Below, one piece after another: positions 7,466 to 10,965 of a stretch of DNA of 10,965 nucleotides (the stretch's first letter is position 1; each line of letters begins with the position of its first letter). The stretch lies in the UHGV virus genome UHGV-1359962; one strand, given 5' to 3'. This DNA is from a virus. The notes beneath the pieces were generated by a model that did not search any database, was not told where the DNA came from, and saw only the letters and a list, made by a program, of their open reading frames with translations. The position numbers were made by a program, and so were the translations under genes.

Positions 7466-8023
7466 TTAAAATTCCTCTGTAACTAAATACGGGTCAAACT
7501 CGAAATCTGGTTGCTCGTTTTCCATTGGCTCAATATTTCCAACGGCAATATGATGCTCAACAACACCAATTAACTTTGCGCACATTACAGCAAGCAAAGC
7601 GCAATATTTATCGCTTGGTAATTCATGGCTAAGTCTGGTTGCTTGACGCTGAAGATAATTTGTCACGGTAGCTGAGTTAATTTCATCAAGATTCTTTAGA
7701 ATATAAAATAGCTTTCTGTTGTATTTTGGGTGACCTTCGCTTCTGCAAAATCCGATAATTACATCTTCAAACTTGCGTGGTAATTGCTCGTAAGAATCAA
7801 CGTTAGCCAAATAATTTTTGATGCTGTTCTGGGTGCTCTTTCTGGTTGACATATAACGACTCCTCGGTGTAATTGCCCGAATTACTTCGTCAATGCCTTT
7901 GCGTTCTGCTCTGGTGAACTTGGGTACTTCGTGGCTGGTGGGGTTGTTTGTGTAAGCGTAGGAGTTGTGCTTGTTGCGTTCTCTTGATGCCTGAAGCATC
8001 GCTCTAAATTCTCTGTCGTTCAT
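7466..8023 (-). CDS. Hypothetical protein, 185 aa, first gene of the minus-strand small-gene operon
   Basis: ATG at 8023-8021 downstream of a candidate sigma70-type promoter. The SD-like AAGGA is 11 nt upstream; an out-of-frame ATG at 8027-8025 is better spaced, so the start is somewhat uncertain. Confidence 0.6.
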   Translation of the reverse strand: MNDREFRAMLQASRERNKHNSYAYTNNPTSHEVPKFTRAERKGIDEVIRAITPRSRYMSTRKSTQNSIKNYLANVDSYEQLPRKFEDVIIGFCRSEGHPKYNRKLFYILKNLDEINSATVTNYLQRQATRLSHELPSDKYCALLAVMCAKLIGVVEHHIAVGNIEPMENEQPDFEFDPYLVTEEF

Positions 8024-8071
8024 TCATAAGCCAGTCCTTATAATTGTTAATTCTCTGTTAACTTATATACA

Positions 8072-8100
8072 ATACTAGCATTTTCAAAGACTAATGTCAA
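8072..8100 (-). promoter_or_regulatory. Candidate sigma70-type promoter for the minus-strand operon
   Basis: On the minus strand: -35 TTGACA (complement of 8100-8095), 17-nt spacer, -10 TAGTAT (complement of 8077-8072). Confidence 0.5.
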
Positions 8101-8107
8101 GCATTTT

Positions 8108-8137
8108 TTAACATTTCATTAACATCTGTGGTATAAT
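8108..8137 (+). promoter_or_regulatory. Candidate plus-strand promoter with extended -10, divergent from the operon promoter
   Basis: -35-like TTAACA (8108-8113), 18-nt spacer, TG at 8129-8130 and -10 TATAAT at 8132-8137 (TGgTATAAT). Confidence 0.55.
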
Positions 8138-8219
8138 GGTTTTATGGGGAGAGTAAAATATGAGGCGTGGCTATGAGGTATCAACTATCGAGAATGGCCG
8201 CATGGTTATTGCATTGCAC

Positions 8220-8318
8220 ACAGACCTCTTCAATCGCTCTGTAACGAGTTAAATGGCCTCTTCAGGTCAACTCATAAGGTCAGGTACTTTTTGTGTCAGA
8301 ATGCGATTGAGAGCGTCT
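8220..8318. repeat. Copy 2 of the paired element, within the leader of the membrane-protein gene
   Basis: Blocks at 8230-8248 and 8298-8318 are identical to copy 1. Located between the plus-strand promoter and the ATG at 8333. Confidence 0.6.
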
Positions 8319-8332
8319 TACAAGGAAATTTA

Positions 8333-8521
8333 ATGGTAAATCTCCCTCCTGAACTGGGGTCACCTGATGTATGGGCTGGTGGAGGTGTTGGACTTATTGC
8401 GGGTCTGCTGCTTCGCTATTTCATCGTCAGAGTGTTTATCGTGTTCAGATTGTTTGGTCGTGAATGGTCGTTTGACCTCAAGGACAGGACCAGAACAGAC
8501 AACCACACAGAACCCCGCTAA
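8333..8521 (+). CDS. Small membrane protein, 62 aa, one predicted transmembrane helix
   Basis: ATG at 8333 with AAGGA 6 nt upstream; stop TAA at 8519-8521. Translation MVNLPPELGSPDVWAGGGVGLIAGLLLRYFIVRVFIVFRLFGREWSFDLKDRTRTDNHTEPR has one hydrophobic helix followed by a charged C-terminus. Preferred over the alternative frames at 8291 and 8367 because of the RBS and protein-like composition. Confidence 0.5.
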   Translation: MVNLPPELGSPDVWAGGGVGLIAGLLLRYFIVRVFIVFRLFGREWSFDLKDRTRTDNHTEPR

Positions 8522-8534
8522 ACTCCCTTCAAAA

Positions 8535-8575
8535 CCCCTATACCATCTCGTACAGGGGTATCTTTAGCATTTTGT
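8535..8575 (+). terminator. Candidate terminator after the membrane-protein gene
   Basis: Stem CCCCTATAC (8535-8543) / GTACAGGGG (8550-8558) with one mismatch, then a T-rich tail TATCTTTAGCATTTTGTG. Confidence 0.35.
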
Positions 8576-8635
8576 GCTATCTATTAAAAAACGGCTTGAC
8601 AGAACCGGAAAGCTGTATCTATCAAGTATTCACCT

Positions 8636-8816
8636 CTCTGACAGTAATTTCTAAAAGTTCTTATTTTTCAATGAGTTGTAATTAGCCAATATAAAGGACT
8701 GACAAGACCCTTCACAATTAACTCTGTAACCTTAACAGTAATTTCTAAAAATGCTTATTTTTCAATAAGTTGTAATCACCCAATATATAAGACTGTCCAG
8801 TACCTTCACAGATAAC
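8636..8816. repeat. Two tandem direct repeat units of about 86 and 95 bp
   Basis: Unit 1 (8636-8721) and unit 2 (8722-8816) align along their length. Shared blocks include CAGTAATTTCTAAAA, CTTATTTTTCAAT, AGTTGTAAT and GACTG.C.AG..CCTTCACA..TAAC. Confidence 0.7.
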
Positions 8817-9603
8817 TTCAAGCCCTCTTAACCGCCCCACTAATCGGGAGAAGAGCGATAACCCCAGAGAGGGAAGCTCCCTTCTTAATCGGCCTCCTAA
8901 CCAGTCTTTACAAACCTTGTTCAAGGTAATCACAATAGTTTTTCTTCCCTCGGTTTCCTGTGTTCCTCGGTTTATCTATTGAGACTTGAAAGACCTCTGT
9001 AAGTGCTCTCTTAGCGAGAGAAAAATCATTCATAGTGACCCCAAGCGAAGTGCCCCTCTAAAAAGATTTTTTAGCTATTTTGCTTAAAACCATATCAAAC
9101 GATACATTTTATTGATTTAGGTCAAAGACAAAAACATTGACAAAATGGTATGATTGTTCACATGACCTTACTTAACAGATTCTTAAGAGCTTTGAAACGA
9201 CCTACTTAACAAGGTCACTACCTCTGGTCTTATCGTTCCCTTCTTTCTAGGTAGTCATCTGTTAAGAACTTTTCAGTTTTATTCTTAAGATAATTGTTAA
9301 GATGATACTCTCCCTTCGGGTTATATCGTATCTCTTCCCCCGTTAAACACTCCTTCCTAACAACTTCATAGTTATCTGTCAAGTACCTTTGAAGATTCTA
9401 TCAAGACCTCTAAATCTGACCTGATATAGATGCTGTGAAGGCATGTTCTCTAGGTCTGTGTAGCTTACTTAGTGGGAAGAGAGGGTGATACATGAGAAAG
9501 AACCCCTCCTACTTAAAAGAATTATTTGACATTATTGTGATGGTTATTTAAGATGCAACTGTACAGACACCTTCATCGGTTTCTCTACACCTTCCTATGG
9601 CTT

Positions 9604-9664
9604 GGTCTGGCTAGGTAGGGTGGGGTCTGGTTAGGTAAGGTGGGGTATGGTTAAGTGTGGGTGG
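9604..9664. repeat. Three tandem ~20-bp iterons
   Basis: GGTCTGGCTAGGTAGGGTGG (9604-9623), GGTCTGGTTAGGTAAGGTGG (9624-9643), GGTATGGTTAAGTGTGGGTGG (9644-9664). Confidence 0.75.
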
Positions 9665-9696
9665 ATTGTCGTAGCCACGTTAAAAATCGACTTATA

Positions 9697-9720
9697 GGGA
9701 CTCTTTCGGGAGTCCTTTTT
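9697..9720 (+). terminator. Rho-independent-type terminator hairpin with UUCG loop
   Basis: GGACTCT (9698-9704) pairs with GGAGTCC (9709-9715) around the loop TTCG (9705-9708), followed by TTTTT (9716-9720). Confidence 0.55.
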
Positions 9721-10791
9721 AGTTTGTATAAAATCTGTACAGTAACTTTTCAGATTCTGAAAATTTTTATAAAAAAATAATCAGGCCTCTTCTAAGTCTC
9801 TTCAACCAAATCTTTCAAAAATATCTACACTCAATTGATGGCTGTTAAGTACCCCAGATTCACGATATAGCACCCCCTTTGCAAAAGCAGTTAAAATATC
9901 TATAACCAACTATTGACTTTCTTCATAGCATCTGTTAAGTCCACCTCAAGAAACCTTCATCACACTTCAAAGCATCTATCAAGAAGGTTTAACCTATCAA
10001 TAGCTGTAACATTTTGTAGTTCTGTGAAGTCCTATCCAGTTTTCTCTGTAACAGACACAAACTTCTGCGACCTTATGTATCAATGACTTAGAATACATGC
10101 TCTCAAGGTTCTGTATAGTCTCTTATCTTCAAATACACAAAACCCTTATAAATCAGTACTGATACGTATACAGTTCGTTTTTAACATAATGGCTGTTTTA
10201 CGCACTAATCGTGTTCTACATGAAATCTGTATAGATATTAAGGTGTCTGTAAGTGATTTTTTAAGAAGGGACTACGAAGATTTGACAAGGTAACTATGAG
10301 GTTGATTCCTAGAACAACCGAATCAACTATAACCATCACTTTTCAATATTCACGCAGGATATCGTTAAGTTTCTTGATAGTTACACCATGTGACCAACTG
10401 CATAGATAGCGTTATATACTCCTGTATATATCACTTTTCTAGGAGTCTGGAGAGGGACGACTAACACGATACAGTTTACCCTGAAAAGAGACTTCACAGA
10501 TTCTTTATATATTTCAATAAGTTATGCTAAAAAGAGACTATACCGATACTGCATAGAATCTGTGTAAAACTGCTTAGATACTTGGGAAAATGCCTTTAAA
10601 TTGCATAGTCATAGGGGTTGGAACAAGCCCAACTTCACCTGATATTGTCCTGTAATTAACAGGTTTCTTAGAAAACCGAATAGACTTCATTCAAGGGTCA
10701 TTGTATTGTAGCTATTCGGCATTGTAGCATTAGCCATAACGTTTATAAGTTCATCTTTAAATGATAATCAATTGCATGGGAGTTTATCACC

Positions 10792-10965
10792 ATGAGACAC
10801 GTAATTACATACCTTCGGTACAGTTCAGCCATACAAGGCGCTGAAGGTGCTGATTCAACCAGACGACAAAATGAGCTATTCAAACAGTGGTTAAGGAAGA
10901 ATAGCGATGCTCAGGTAGTTGCGTCTTTCAGTGATGAAGGGTTGAGTGGTTACAAAGGTAAGCAC
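10792..10965 (+). CDS. Serine recombinase N-terminal catalytic segment (58 codons); 3' end runs off the window end; probably the same gene as 1-1347
   Basis: ATG at 10792 preceded by GGGAG (10779-10783). Translation MRHVITYLRYSSAIQGAEGADSTRRQNELFKQWLRKNSDAQVVASFSDEGLSGYKGKH carries the serine-recombinase N-terminal signature (Y-x-R-x-SS-x-x-Q with the presumed catalytic Ser, later D-x-G-x-SG). The frame ends exactly on a codon boundary at 10965. Confidence 0.7.
   Translation, partial: MRHVITYLRYSSAIQGAEGADSTRRQNELFKQWLRKNSDAQVVASFSDEGLSGYKGKH

Larger units (their letters stand above)
8590..10575. repeat. Dispersed array of CTGTTAAG-type boxes in ORF-free DNA
   Basis: About 20 instances by manual count, for example CATCTGTTAAGAAC (about 9253), TATCTGTCAAGTACC (about 9373), GGCTGTTAAGTACC (about 9841), CATCTGTTAAGTCC (about 9930), CATCTATCAAGAAGG (about 9975), AATCTGTACAGTAAC (about 9733). 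Most are in the same orientation. Confidence 0.55.

Noticed and set aside
8291-8567. Alternative plus-strand frames starting at 8291 (TTG) and 8367 (ATG)
   Set aside because: The 8291 start is a TTG inside the conserved 21-nt block with no RBS; the same frame is better started at the ATG at 8333, which has AAGGA upstream. The 8367 frame gives a Cys/Ser-rich product without membrane or globular character.
8745-8933. Minus-strand 62-aa ORF in the repeat region
   Set aside because: Overlaps a tandem repeat unit and the GC-rich island, has no RBS, and is Arg/Leu/Gly-rich in a way that looks like a chance frame.
9550-9570. LexA/SOS-box-like CTGT...ACAG patterns (for example CTGTACAG at about 9556 and 9737)
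   Set aside because: The half-sites are adjacent rather than separated by the ~8-bp spacer of a canonical SOS box. They fit better as members of the CTGTnnAG box family.
8590-10575. CRISPR array
   Set aside because: The repeats are short, degenerate boxes at irregular spacing plus two long tandem units and three iterons. There is no regular repeat-spacer periodicity and no cas genes.
8568-10791. Possibility that the ORF-free region is protein-coding under an alternative genetic code or with frameshifts
   Set aside because: Dense short repeats, iterons and hairpins argue for noncoding function, and the neighbouring genes translate normally with standard stops. I could not compute stop-codon statistics by hand, so this is not fully excluded.

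Overview
AT-rich window (roughly 40% G+C by eye) that reads as a compact, phage-related integrative element rather than housekeeping chromosome. All protein-family calls are from motif recognition by eye, not database searches. (1) A large serine recombinase gene is split across the window ends: the N-terminal 58 codons are at 10792-10965 and the remaining ~449 codons at 1-1347, in one continuous frame, so the sequence is most simply a circular or circularly permuted ~11 kb molecule. (2) A minus-strand block (5629 down to 1379) encodes an acidic coiled-coil protein, a small basic protein, a 726-aa tape-measure-like protein and a 262-aa protein. (3) A second minus-strand operon (8023 down to 6150) encodes five small proteins, including a short HNH_3-like nuclease, with overlapping stop/start codons. 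(4) A back-to-back promoter pair at 8072-8137 serves that operon and, on the plus strand, a leader plus a 62-aa single-TM membrane protein. (5) 8568-10791 is a ~2.2 kb ORF-free region packed with repeats: two ~90-bp tandem units, three 20-bp iterons followed by an AT-rich tract, a UUCG-loop hairpin terminator, and many copies of a CTGTTAAG-type box that also sits just upstream of almost every minus-strand gene start. No capsid, terminase, portal, replication initiator, rRNA, tRNA or CRISPR features were recognised.
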